A stretch of DNA of 64,000 nt from Thainema sp. (lineage in GTDB: Bacteria > Cyanobacteriota > Cyanobacteriia > Phormidesmidales > Phormidesmidaceae), in assembly GCA_052168235.1 (NCBI GenBank), contig JBQLZK010000036.1, positions 11,498 to 75,497 on the forward strand. The letters run 5' to 3'. The first letter of the stretch is position 1. Each line of letters begins with the position of its first letter. The notes beneath the pieces were generated by a model. It was not told the DNA's origin. It was given only the letters and a program-made list of their open reading frames with translations, and made no database searches. A program made the position numbers and the translations under genes. This document shows positions 32,046-42,064 of this stretch, piece after piece.

Positions 32046-33008
32046 TAGCCGTAGCCATTCTCATTAGGACGCCGCTTGCTTGAGAACCGCTTCCATTGCC
32101 TGGCGTAAACTGGTTGAGGAGGGGAGACGCTTTCGAATGCGGCTTTTTAACCAAGCCCAACACTTCTCAATGCGATTGAGGTCAGGAGAATAAGGGGGAA
32201 GATAAACCAGGTGAGAGTTGGCGGCCTCAATCAGTTCGGCGATCCGTCCGCCTTTGTGAAAGGTGGCATTATCCACAATCACCCAGTCCCCTGGCTGCAA
32301 GGTCGGAATTAAGCAAGTTTCAAGCCAGGTCTCAAAGACCACTCGATTACAAGTTCCTTCAATGGTAAACGGAGCAATCAGCTCAGTGCCTCGATAGCCC
32401 GCGATCATATTGACTCGCCCGTGGCGTTGGCCAGATTTGAGGTCGTAAACTCGTTCACCGATAGGGGCATATCCATAGCCGTAGTCGTCGCGCTCATCCA
32501 TGCCCGATTCATCGACATAGACTCAATGAGTCGCCTTTGGATCGCCGAGTTGAGCTTGAAACTCAGCCCGTTTCCCCTCGTCTCGTTGGCAGTAGCCATA
32601 GGTCTTTTTTTTCGCGTAAAGCCAATCTTTTGCAATGCCCGAGACATCGTTCGTTGGCTGATGGGGTCGGGCCACAAGGCGGCCATCTCCGCTTGCGTTT
32701 TGTCTTGATGCTGCTTGACAAAGCTGCGAAAGGCATCCCAGTCTTTGATTTTGGCTCTTGGATTGGCAGTTGTCCTGACGTTGGCTTTGAGATGCCCTAG
32801 TTCAGCCTTTTGCCGATACCAGCGGTTTATTGTATTGCGGCTGATGCCAAATCCTTCACTCACCTCACTTTTCTTGAGGCCGTTTAACTCAATCGCGTCG
32901 ATCACTTTTTGCCGAAAATCTTCGCTGTAGGGTTGAGCCATCCAATTCCAAGCGCAAAATACTACCTCTTAACCCTAGCTTATGTCCTAACCTAAGTGGC
33001 TACAGCTA
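32046..33008 (-). mobile_element. IS630-family insertion sequence
   Basis: Imperfect 25-bp TIRs (tagccgtagccattctcattaggac vs tagctgtagccacttaggttaggac), TA duplications at 32044-45 and 33009-10. Confidence 0.9.
32064..32941 (-). pseudogene. IS630 transposase: A8 frameshift plus in-frame nonsense codon
   Basis: HTH ORF joins the DDE frame (DES, DNATFHK, YSPDLNRIEKCW) at A8 (32605-32612); TGA at 32523-25 lies before the first catalytic Asp. Confidence 0.8.
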
Positions 33009-33224
33009 TAGATTGCGTCATTGTCTCAAGCAAGTAGCGACGACTATAGCGATCGCACAGGTCTGAGGCACACAGCTCCTGCTTTCTTGACAGTCCAACG
33101 ATCTGAAGCCGGAGAAAATCGAATAACGTTCAAGCCGCTATTCAACGAAACTTGATGTATCGACGAGAGACTTACCATCAAGTTTCGTTGAATTGACATT
33201 CCTGCTACTAAAAACTGATGACTT

Positions 33225-35252
33225 CTAAAATTTTTGGATCTCTTTCCTGAACAGCGGCAAGCGAACCGTAAACGTTGCGCCTTGGTTCTCGCCTGGGCTG
33301 TCCACCTGAACGGTGCCACCATGCAGCTCCACTAAATGGCGCACAATCGCCAACCCCAACCCCAGGCCGCCAAACTTGCGCGTTGTTGTCCCGTCTTCTT
33401 GTCGGAAATATTCAAACACATAGGGCAGAAAATCAGGGTGAATACCTTTGCCAGTGTCTGTGACGATAATTTGAGCATAAGCGGGTGGAGAGGTAGGTGG
33501 GAAGGTGAGTTGGCGAGTAGATGGGTTATCTCCCACTCTCCCACTCTCCCACTCTCCTACTCCCTCGCGCTCCCATGCTCCCACGCTCCTACTCTTTCCC
33601 TCAATCTGCCCTAACTTCACCTCAACTCGTCCACCCTCATCCGTGAACTTCACGGCATTGCTGAGCAAATTCCAGACTACTTGCTGTAGGCGAATCGTGT
33701 CTCCCAAAACTGGCCCCACCGTTTGATCAAAGATAGTTTCAATTTCGAGGGACTTCGCTTCTGCCGCTAATTGCACTGTTTCAATTGCGGATTCAATGAT
33801 CGGCACCAAGTTAACCGGAGCCATATTGAGGCTCAGTTTACCTCGCATGATGCGAGTAATATCTAAGAGATCCTCGATCAGCTGAGTTTGCAGCTTGGCA
33901 TTTCGCTCAATTGCTTCTAAGGCAAACGTTGTTCTGGCCGCATCTAATTTTCCACCCTGAAGCAATCTAGACCAGCCGAGGATGGGATTAAGTGGCGTCC
34001 GCAACTCATGCGAGAGCACCGCTAAAAATTCATCTTTTACGCGATTAGCCGATTCAGCTTCCTCTCTGGCCGCTTCCGCCTGCATTAAGTTTTCAGTTCG
34101 TTCTTGTTCTCGCTGTGATAGCAGATTAGCGGCAAATTCCAGCGACTGTCCTAATACAACGATTTCTCGAATCGAGGAGTTACTGACCTGCGGATGTTCA
34201 CCTCTAGCCAATGCTTCCGCCGCTAGAGCTGCTGAGGTGATGCTGCGAGAAATCTGGCGGGAGAGAATCAAAGCTCCAATGCCGCTGACCAGAAGGAGGG
34301 CCAAACCAGATCCAATCACTAGGCCCATTGCCTTTTGAGTGGGTTGCTGAATCACATCAACGGGTACGGTGACGGCAACTGTCCAAGGTAGATCGCGCAC
34401 TCGGCAGAAGGCGACATACACTTTTACCCCATCTAGTGTCTTATTTCGAAAGATTCCCTCGGTTGTTTTGCCAATATTTTCGAGAAACGATGGTGTGCCA
34501 CGCTGACCGACAAAGCGTTCCGGATCGCGAGTGCGAGCAACAACGATGCCTTGACCATCGACAATTGTGCGCGTCCATTCGCCATCGACTGGGTTCTGCT
34601 CATCCACGACATCAGCGAGAGCTTGAGGTGCGATCGCAGCTGTCAGAACATACTGCAACTCGCCTTCATGTACCACGGGTACTCGTACTGGGAAAGCCAG
34701 ATTTTGTCCTATTTGCCCAAGCGCCAGATCGCCAACTGTGGGTTGTCTCGTCTCAATCAGTCGCTGCAGGCTGGCTGGCTCATTCACGGAAGGTAAAGGC
34801 TTACCCAGAGGTTGTCTGCTGTTCATGAGCTGTTGCCCATCGGGTGATATCAGAATCACGGTCAACCAAGTTGGTTCTGTCTGGGTGACTCGCCTCACCT
34901 CGTCATAGAATCCTTTTAGATTGCCTTGGTAAAGCTGTTCAGAGGCTGCGAGTGCCTGAAGGGTATGAGTGGTGCTTGAAAGTTCGCGCTCAACCGTCGA
35001 GGACAGGGTACGGGCAGATCGCAGCATTCGTCGTTCTGAGGCGGCCTGTTCCTGATTGGCTAGTTGATAGACGACAATAACGGCAAATAATACGACGGGC
35101 AGTAACGTTCCTGCTACGAGCAGAATAAGATACCACCTAAGCGAGAGCATTCGCCCACCCAACAGTGTGGGATAGGGATGCTGATGAGGAGACGGAACCC
35201 ACTTAAGAAGTGCGCTTAAGAATCGAGTCCGCGTAGGCTTTTCTTCCGCCAT
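33225..35252 (-). CDS. Cache-domain sensor histidine kinase
   Basis: Two TMs around a periplasmic domain, SHELRTPL, NLLSNAVKFT, DTGKGI, GLGLGL; start may be at 35150. Confidence 0.9.
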   Translation of the reverse strand: MAEEKPTRTRFLSALLKWVPSPHQHPYPTLLGGRMLSLRWYLILLVAGTLLPVVLFAVIVVYQLANQEQAASERRMLRSARTLSSTVERELSSTTHTLQALAASEQLYQGNLKGFYDEVRRVTQTEPTWLTVILISPDGQQLMNSRQPLGKPLPSVNEPASLQRLIETRQPTVGDLALGQIGQNLAFPVRVPVVHEGELQYVLTAAIAPQALADVVDEQNPVDGEWTRTIVDGQGIVVARTRDPERFVGQRGTPSFLENIGKTTEGIFRNKTLDGVKVYVAFCRVRDLPWTVAVTVPVDVIQQPTQKAMGLVIGSGLALLLVSGIGALILSRQISRSITSAALAAEALARGEHPQVSNSSIREIVVLGQSLEFAANLLSQREQERTENLMQAEAAREEAESANRVKDEFLAVLSHELRTPLNPILGWSRLLQGGKLDAARTTFALEAIERNAKLQTQLIEDLLDITRIMRGKLSLNMAPVNLVPIIESAIETVQLAAEAKSLEIETIFDQTVGPVLGDTIRLQQVVWNLLSNAVKFTDEGGRVEVKLGQIEGKSRSVGAWEREGVGEWESGRVGDNPSTRQLTFPPTSPPAYAQIIVTDTGKGIHPDFLPYVFEYFRQEDGTTTRKFGGLGLGLAIVRHLVELHGGTVQVDSPGENQGATFTVRLPLFRKEIQKF

Positions 35253-35449
35253 CTAGTTCTCACAAGGCGCACTGTAGAGCAAATTTGAAAAAGCTGCGAT
35301 CGCACTACCCAAAAGAATGCTCATCGTCACTCTCCAACCGTTATTGGTGCAATCACTATATTAATGTATGTCTCTGGGACGGTCTCGAATTCGATCAGGC
35401 TGCTCATCACTCAATCTGCCAATCTGCGATCGCACTTTGAAACCCAAAA

Positions 35450-35488
35450 GGGATAGGTTGCTGCCGCGATGCGGCAGCAACCTATCCC
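35450..35488. repeat. Perfect 18-bp-arm hairpin with GAT loop (possible terminator)
   Basis: gggataggttgctgccgc gat gcggcagcaacctatccc. Confidence 0.75.
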
Positions 35489-35503
35489 TCTTAAAGAAAG
35501 TTG

Positions 35504-35911
35504 TTACTTACCTTCTTCGATCTGAGGTGGTTCGACATCAATGGTTTGGACATCTACCGTTTCAACCTCTACGTCAATTGTGCCCGGTGGCGTGAGGCGG
35601 TGAACTTCGCCCGATTCGGCTTTGAGGGGTTCGCCGCAGCTTGGGCAGCGAAATTGAGCATTATTAATCGTTGTGAGGCTGTAGTCACAAACGGGGCAGT
35701 TGTCTTCCACTAAATTGCGGCGCAGCCACCACTGCAAGCCCAGGAACGCGAAAACAGGAGCCAGAATAATGAAGGCCAGTAGCACAAAAAACGACTTGAC
35801 CAGCCAACCTAGCCCCACGGAACCCAGCAGCCAGATGATCGCAAACAGAGCGATCCAACAGCCAAGGCCAGAAAAATTGAACTGCACATTGCGAAAGTTA
35901 TTGGGGTTCAC
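35504..35911 (-). CDS. Membrane protein with zinc ribbon
   Basis: Two TMs, CPVC...CPSC, PPGTIDV. Confidence 0.75.
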   Translation of the reverse strand: MNPNNFRNVQFNFSGLGCWIALFAIIWLLGSVGLGWLVKSFFVLLAFIILAPVFAFLGLQWWLRRNLVEDNCPVCDYSLTTINNAQFRCPSCGEPLKAESGEVHRLTPPGTIDVEVETVDVQTIDVEPPQIEEGK

Positions 35912-36091
35912 GGTGGGGCAGACTCCTTACGATCCAATCGAGTACGCGATTTGAAGTTGAAAGATGCGATCGCGCATTGCGTACGGAATCCGGATGCCGG
36001 ATGCCATACTCCTTTTCTTAGCATAGGAGACGCGTGCTGAATTGAAAGGTACGGCATTCCTAACTTGTATGTATGTTCACATCCTGCTTAA

Positions 36092-36188
36092 AAAAGCTAA
36101 TATTGCCGCCGCGATGCGACGGCAATATTAGCTTTTCGAGTTTATTTTTCGTGAAATGTTTGCTAAGCAAACATTTCACGAAAAATAA
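36092..36188. repeat. Tandem pair of long hairpins (GAT loop; TAA loop)
   Basis: 21-bp arm (1 mismatch) and 22-bp perfect arm. Confidence 0.8.
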
Positions 36189-36215
36189 CCAGTGGGTTCT
36201 CAAGCGGATTTCCTA

Positions 36216-36872
36216 TTAGACGCTGGCAAAGAGTTCTGGAATGTCGTGCTGGGGTGCGGTGGGGCTGGCGACGATCTCGACAATTTTGTTGTTAGCGGTT
36301 TCATGGAGCAACGCCTGAACGGCAACTTGAGCCACTTTGGCACGGGGAATACTGCCCTCAAACAGCGTGTCTGCCGAAGACATCAGAATCGGATCGGCGT
36401 TATCTTCCTCTTTCAAGCCACCGGGACGCACAATCGTGTAGGTTAAACCACTCCGCCCCAAATATTCCTCGGCCTGCTTTTTCCAAACCAGAATCAAGCC
36501 AAACAGATTCAGCGGATGGAAGAACTTGGAGACGCACAGCGACGACACAAGGATAAACGGCTGGATATTTTTCGCTTTTGCCGCATCAACTAAATGCTTA
36601 GTGCCAACAAAATCGACTTTGTAGGGGCCAGTGAGATCAAAACTAGGCGCTGCACCCGTCGCACAGATGATGGCCGTGCAATCTGCGATCGCAGCCTCTA
36701 ATGTTTCCGGTTTTAGAACATCACCAACGACCAGTTCCGCCGCCGCTGGTAAGAGCCGCTGACCTTTTTCTAAATTACGCACCAGTGCCCGCACGGGGAT
36801 ATTGTGCTCGACCAGCAGTTCTACAACACGTCGGCCTGTTTGACCTGTTGCCCCTGCGACTAGTACTTTCAT
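36216..36872 (-). CDS. NAD(P)-binding atypical SDR oxidoreductase
   Basis: MKVLVAGATGQTG, TIVRPGGL. Confidence 0.88.
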   Translation of the reverse strand: MKVLVAGATGQTGRRVVELLVEHNIPVRALVRNLEKGQRLLPAAAELVVGDVLKPETLEAAIADCTAIICATGAAPSFDLTGPYKVDFVGTKHLVDAAKAKNIQPFILVSSLCVSKFFHPLNLFGLILVWKKQAEEYLGRSGLTYTIVRPGGLKEEDNADPILMSSADTLFEGSIPRAKVAQVAVQALLHETANNKIVEIVASPTAPQHDIPELFASV

Positions 36873-36898
36873 CTCGATTACTCCCACAACTTTTTCTA

Positions 36899-37106
36899 CT
36901 CACATCTTGCACCAAAACCCAAAAGGGTGACTTGACCACTGCATTGCAGCGGCCAAGTCACCCTTCTGAGTAGTCTGTCAACTTGTTTTTAATGGGTTTT
37001 GATGGTTGATGTGCTGCGCTGAGCGCAGCACATCAACCATCAAAACTTACTTTACAGAGTACTGAGTCTTATTCGCACGTTTTATAAGCTGAGGTGCAAG
37101 ATAGCG
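36899..37106 (-). mobile_element. Family A element with a different hairpin and a nested family B element (36966-37066)
   Basis: ctcacatcttgcaccaaaaccc...ggtgcaagata ends; the inner element is flanked by CTGAG direct repeats. Confidence 0.7.
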
Positions 37107-37492
37107 AACTGTAGCCAGTGATGCACCTGCTGTAGGCATGGTTTGTTATCAAGAAGAAACGATTTGCCCAGTCTTCAGCATAATGTTACAAATCTACAAG
37201 AATCCTGGAATATACGGGATGAAACTGAATGAATTAGCAGTCACGCAATTAGATTTGAGGTGGTCTTTCCGTGAATTAGCTGTAGATGCCTTCTATAGAC
37301 TCAGGATATGCTGATTATCAGAGTGACACCCTAGCTGTGCAGCTACACAGCCGTTCCTGCTAACCTAGCAACTTCGACTTCAACAGCTTAGCTGCTCGTC
37401 GATTTTTATCTCACTCTGATTTTCCTGTTCTCTGTACGCTATCGTTTTCCACCAATCAGACCACAATCAGAACTCCCGTTATCAAAAGTTCT

Positions 37493-38179
37493 ATGCAATC
37501 GTCCTTCAATCCCCGCTCAGTAAATACTGCCGACGCTGTATTTTTTCCCGATGCAGGTGTTATCGATGCAGGTCAGGTCAATCAGCAAGAGGTCTCGACT
37601 CAGGTTGCATCCGATCCGATTCAGTTCCACGGCAGCTACATTGGCAGCATGGAAATGAACGCCGATCCTGACACCGTCGCCAAATATCTCGACGTTCATC
37701 AGGAATGGTTCCACCGCTGCGCTCATCCGATGACCGTAGATGCGATCGCAACCAACGGTTACGCAATCACCATTGGTCGCTACGGCTCATTTGGCTACGA
37801 GGTCGAACCCAAAGTTGGTCTACACTTACTCCCTCAAGACGAAGGAGTGTATCGGATTCAAACTATTCCCGTTCCCGGTTATGAACCACCTGGATACGAC
37901 GTTGACTTCCAGGCTGCGCTACAGCTCAAGGAGGGCACACCAGAACCCGGTACGGGCATTGAGATTACCACCCATGTCGAATGGGATTTAGATCTCAAGG
38001 TCTACATCAAATTCCCCCGCTTTATCCGGGCACTGCCGATGTCGCTGATTCAGTCTACGGGCGACAAGCTCCTGAATCAGGTTGTCCGCCAGGTTTCCCG
38101 CCGTCTGACCTACAAAGTCCAGGAAGATTTTCACTCCACTCGGGGTCTTCCCCTACCGAAGTCAGCTAAGAAACGCTAG
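37493..38179 (+). CDS. DUF1997-family protein
   Basis: YLDVHQEWFHRCAHPM...YEVEPKVGL, VQEDFH. Confidence 0.8.
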   Translation: MQSSFNPRSVNTADAVFFPDAGVIDAGQVNQQEVSTQVASDPIQFHGSYIGSMEMNADPDTVAKYLDVHQEWFHRCAHPMTVDAIATNGYAITIGRYGSFGYEVEPKVGLHLLPQDEGVYRIQTIPVPGYEPPGYDVDFQAALQLKEGTPEPGTGIEITTHVEWDLDLKVYIKFPRFIRALPMSLIQSTGDKLLNQVVRQVSRRLTYKVQEDFHSTRGLPLPKSAKKR

Positions 38180-38194
38180 CAGCACTCAATTTTA

Positions 38195-38235
38195 CAAAAC
38201 GAAAGCGGACAGCAGTGCTGTCCGTTTTCGTTTTG
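38195..38235. terminator. Hairpin between convergent genes
   Basis: caaaacgaaagcggacagc agt gctgtccgttttcgttttg. Confidence 0.6.
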
Positions 38236-38267
38236 GGTAGTTTTGATTGGGCCAGGATAAACGTTAT

Positions 38268-38295
38268 GTAGGGGCAAATGGCCATTTGCCCCTAA
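38268..38295. repeat. REP-like palindrome
   Basis: gtaggggcaaatggccatttgcccct. Confidence 0.75.
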
Positions 38296-38302
38296 CCCAG
38301 CA

Positions 38303-39466
38303 TTAAATTCGCTGATCCAGCACTCTATCAATCAGGCGCGTGACCTCCGTTGCCATGCGGGCATCGGCACGGCGGGCTTCTTCATCGGGATCGCTAAGGG
38401 CTTGGGCCACCAGCAGCGTGAAGCTGAAGCTGTGCGCCGTACCGGAGACGGGCAAGCCAAATTGAACAAAGGTCGTGTAGCTGAGTTCAGTGCGATCGCG
38501 GATTTGGCTGCGGCCAAAGCCCAGCTTAGACAGGATAACTGGACGGACAGGTTCAACGCCCAACTGTTTGAAGGCCAGATCCACATAGCGAGCCGGATCT
38601 CGGCCTAGCGGCGTGACCAGGCTGGAGAGACTATGCCACTGCGCTCCCGGTAGACGACTGGTGGCGGCCAAATGCCAGTGCCAGCCCAGCATCGTCATTA
38701 GCCGCGTCAGGTCGTAGGCAGAAATTGCGTTGTTACCGCGATGCTCCACATTCGGTGTTGTCAACACAACTCGATTGGTCACGGGATTGACCAGTTCCGG
38801 CTGCTGAAAAAACGGCGGTTCCCCATAGCGGCCCTGAAACATGAGCTGGTGATTACCCGTCAGCTCCCGCAGCCACTGCTGGAGACTCAGCGGCGTGTTG
38901 AAACGCTTCAGGCCCGCAGAGATGGCGTTGGAACTGCCGATAGTGGCGGCATAGGTGACAACGTCATCGGCCAGTTGAGAAAACTGATAGCTGCTTGCGT
39001 TGCCGCGATCGCGAATCCAGAGTTGATCGATGGGCGTAGTCGGTAACAGGCGATTGGCGCGCGTAATCAGATTCAGCAGCGGCACAATTTTGGTCGTACT
39101 CCAAAACTCCACGTTGCTCAGCGCTTGCCGCCCAAACCACTGGGTGCGGATGGGTTCCGCTTCTGATACCGCCATCCCCAGGCATAAACAAGCCTGCTTG
39201 ACATCGGGATGGAGGAAATCTAAGCCCTCCGGCTCAATCACAGGCCGCACATTGATCTGCGGATAGGGTTGCGATCGCACATCTTGACGAGTCGGAATCT
39301 GCGATCGCGACCGAAGCCGATTGCTGTAAGCATCAACGGCAGTGCGGTAGGGTGATTGTTCAATGCCTCGATCCAAAAAGGCCAGCTTTGCAGCATTAAA
39401 TTCCGCTTCCTGGGCCAAAAAGTACTGATACAGTTCGTCATCGGAAAGGGGCTGGCGAAATGACAT
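38303..39466 (-). CDS. Hypothetical protein, possible serine beta-lactamase/PBP fold
   Basis: STTK (SxxK), SSN (SxN), KLG (KTG-like) in canonical order. Confidence 0.6.
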   Translation of the reverse strand: MSFRQPLSDDELYQYFLAQEAEFNAAKLAFLDRGIEQSPYRTAVDAYSNRLRSRSQIPTRQDVRSQPYPQINVRPVIEPEGLDFLHPDVKQACLCLGMAVSEAEPIRTQWFGRQALSNVEFWSTTKIVPLLNLITRANRLLPTTPIDQLWIRDRGNASSYQFSQLADDVVTYAATIGSSNAISAGLKRFNTPLSLQQWLRELTGNHQLMFQGRYGEPPFFQQPELVNPVTNRVVLTTPNVEHRGNNAISAYDLTRLMTMLGWHWHLAATSRLPGAQWHSLSSLVTPLGRDPARYVDLAFKQLGVEPVRPVILSKLGFGRSQIRDRTELSYTTFVQFGLPVSGTAHSFSFTLLVAQALSDPDEEARRADARMATEVTRLIDRVLDQRI

Positions 39467-39485
39467 AGACGTACCGAATTTATCG

Positions 39486-41666
39486 CTAAAAATTGGGCTT
39501 CAGCGGCAATAATACCGTTACCTGCGTCCCGCCAAGCGCATCTGATGACTGAATCGTCAGCATGCCGTTGTGAGCCTCAATGATTCGTTTAGTAATGGCC
39601 AAGCCCAAGCCGTTGCCGGAGGATTTGGTAGTAAAAAATGGCTTGGTCAACTGGGCCAGCGTCTCGGCTGGAATGGGTTCGCCCGCGTTGAACACATCGA
39701 CATGAATCTGCTGCTTAGCGGTGTTGAGGCTGACGGTACAAGTGACGCAGGTTTGAGGCGAAACGGCTTCGCAGGCGTTGCTAATAATGTTAATAAACAC
39801 CTGATGCAGCTTATCGCGATCGCACTCCACCCAGGCGGGCTGATCGGACGGCGTGAGCTGAATGAGTCGTTCAACCGCAGCAGGCATTTCCCGCAGCGGC
39901 ACCAGAATTTCTTCCAGAAACTGATTTAGTTCCAGTCGCTGATACTCCAACTGCTGCTGTTTGGCATAGAGCAAAATTTCGTTCAGCAACCGCTGGAGCC
40001 GCTCCGATTCCTCTAGCGCCAGTTCCAGACGCGCTTGAAATCGCGGCGACAAGTCCAACGACTTAAACGAGTTCAGCCCCATCCACACGGTGGTCAGCGG
40101 ATTGCGAACTTCATGCACGATCATGGCCGCCAGTTCGCCAATTTCGGCCAGCCGCTCCAGTGCCTGCTCGGTCTGCTTGCGCTCGGTGATGTCCCTAGCC
40201 AGCGCTAAGATAAACGACTCGCCACAGGCGGCAAATCGACCTGCCCGCACTTCCACCGGAAAAACGGAACCATCGCGACGCCGATGGGTACCCGTCAGCG
40301 TAATCGGAATACCTGGCTGAAGCTGCTGCCAGAGCTGCTCAAACTCGGCCATTGTGATCTCCTGCTGCACATCGGTGACGAGCATTTGCAGCAGTTCCTC
40401 GCGGGAGTACCCCAGATTTTGGCAGGCTTGCTGATTCACATCGGCAATTTTTCCCGCCTGCGTCACCACGAAAAAGGCATCGGCAGCCTGTTCAACCAGG
40501 GCACGGAACCGCATTTCGCTACCGCGCAGCGCTTCCTCCATTTGCTTGCGCTCGGTGATGTCATTCACGACCGAGAGAATGCAGTCCTGCTGATTAATTG
40601 TGATCCGCTCTGCCGAAAATAAAACAGTGTGGAGCTGATGGTTGCGATCGCAAAACTGATATTCCTGATTAAACACCATGCCCTCGGCCTGAACCTGCCG
40701 CACCATCTCAATTCGATCTTGATGATTCACCCACAAATTAAGCGCCCAGGACATTTGACCAATCACGTCTTCGCGTTCTGCCCCATATAGGGCCAGAAAA
40801 CTCTGATTCACTTCGATGATTTTCCCGGCTTCTAAGGTGCTGATGATGATCGGGTTGGGACTGGAGCGAAAGGCTTTAGAAAACTTCTCTTCCGATGCCC
40901 GCAGACTGGCTTCAGCCCGATCCCGTTCTGCGATCGCATCTGTCACCTGCTGATACATCTGCTCAAAGGCGGCAATCATGTCGCCCAGCTCATCCTGACG
41001 CCGAAACCGCAGTGAGCTGAACTCCGGCGTAGGGTGATTCTGTCTCGCCGCCTGCCCTGCCCGCAGCAAATCCTGGCGCAGCAGCAGAATCGGCGTAATC
41101 AGCATCGGCTCTAGCACAATCAGCGTCGCCATCGTCACAAACAGCGAGATGATCAGCACCAGTCCCGCAATCCGGGCAATAAACAGATAGACTTCCCGCC
41201 GCACACCGGAGGCATCGTGGCGAACGACCAGAATGTATCGTCCGTCCAGCGGCGACATTTCCCACACTGCATCGTAGCGGCGATCGGCCCGATTCAGATA
41301 ATCTGTGCGGCCATTCTGCACAATATCCTGAATAGAAAGCTGGGGCGGTTCGCGAAAGCTGCCGACTAAATCGCCATCGGCTTCATACAGTGCGCCCCCT
41401 TTGACGTTGGGCATCTGCTCAAGTTGCTGGAGTCGTTCTAGCAGTTCGACCCCGGATAGCGCCGGTTCACTTTGGCTAAGAATGCCGGAGGCTTCGGCAG
41501 TTGAAAGTTTTTCTAGGTAGTCCAGTAATTCCCGCTCTCGCCGATAAACGGAGGGGATGAGAATGATGGCTTCAATCACGACAATGCTGGCAAATACCCA
41601 CAGCACAATCCGCCGCGATAGACGCGCTTGGAATAAGTGGAGTAAGGCTTGGGCACGGGTTCTCAC
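39486..41666 (-). CDS. HAMP-PAS-PAS sensor histidine kinase
   Basis: Two TMs, DELG HAMP, two PAS/PAC domains (DITERKQ), HEVRNPL, PFFTTK..GNGLGL. Confidence 0.92.
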   Translation of the reverse strand: MRTRAQALLHLFQARLSRRIVLWVFASIVVIEAIILIPSVYRRERELLDYLEKLSTAEASGILSQSEPALSGVELLERLQQLEQMPNVKGGALYEADGDLVGSFREPPQLSIQDIVQNGRTDYLNRADRRYDAVWEMSPLDGRYILVVRHDASGVRREVYLFIARIAGLVLIISLFVTMATLIVLEPMLITPILLLRQDLLRAGQAARQNHPTPEFSSLRFRRQDELGDMIAAFEQMYQQVTDAIAERDRAEASLRASEEKFSKAFRSSPNPIIISTLEAGKIIEVNQSFLALYGAEREDVIGQMSWALNLWVNHQDRIEMVRQVQAEGMVFNQEYQFCDRNHQLHTVLFSAERITINQQDCILSVVNDITERKQMEEALRGSEMRFRALVEQAADAFFVVTQAGKIADVNQQACQNLGYSREELLQMLVTDVQQEITMAEFEQLWQQLQPGIPITLTGTHRRRDGSVFPVEVRAGRFAACGESFILALARDITERKQTEQALERLAEIGELAAMIVHEVRNPLTTVWMGLNSFKSLDLSPRFQARLELALEESERLQRLLNEILLYAKQQQLEYQRLELNQFLEEILVPLREMPAAVERLIQLTPSDQPAWVECDRDKLHQVFINIISNACEAVSPQTCVTCTVSLNTAKQQIHVDVFNAGEPIPAETLAQLTKPFFTTKSSGNGLGLAITKRIIEAHNGMLTIQSSDALGGTQVTVLLPLKPNF

Positions 41667-41756
41667 AGCCAGCCACAGATGATTACTGCATCACTTATTA
41701 TGTCTCAATCCGTCTCTTTGCTCTCGTCAAAGTTATACAGCGATGTGGATGCAAGT

Positions 41757-41974
41757 GCGATCGCACTTGCTCATGAGACTGCGATCTCACTTGCGGTGCT
41801 ATAACTGGCATGGTTCGCAATGGGAATGTATCTGTGCATTGAATTGCGATCGCATTTCACCATTGAGTCATCAGGAGCGATCGCACTTGGCTGGTGAAAC
41901 TGCGATCTCACTTGCGGTGCTATAACTGGCATGGTTCGCAATGGGAATGTATCTGTGCATTGAATTGCGATCGC
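41757..41974. repeat. HIP1-bounded tandem duplication
   Basis: Identical 76 bp at 41778-41853 and 41899-41974; HIP1 at 41757, 41846, 41877, 41967. Confidence 0.85.
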
Positions 41975-41985
41975 GCTGCTGCACC

Positions 41986-42055
41986 GCAGAACGCTTGGCT
42001 TTGCGGCGTACCGGAGCGCAGCGTAGGTGCGTCCGCCAACAGCCAAGCGTTCTGT
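41986..42055 (-). other. attC-like site of cassette 2
   Basis: ACAGAAC...GTTCTGC, 70 bp, three unpaired bases on one arm, 9 bp after the stop codon. Confidence 0.65.
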
Positions 42056-42064
42056 GATGGTAGC

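Noticed and set aside
33044..33224. Remnant receiver domain after the Cache kinase
   Set aside because: No receiver motifs recognised
41757..41974. Possible CRISPR array
   Set aside because: Only two long identical units, no unique spacers of regular length, no cas genes
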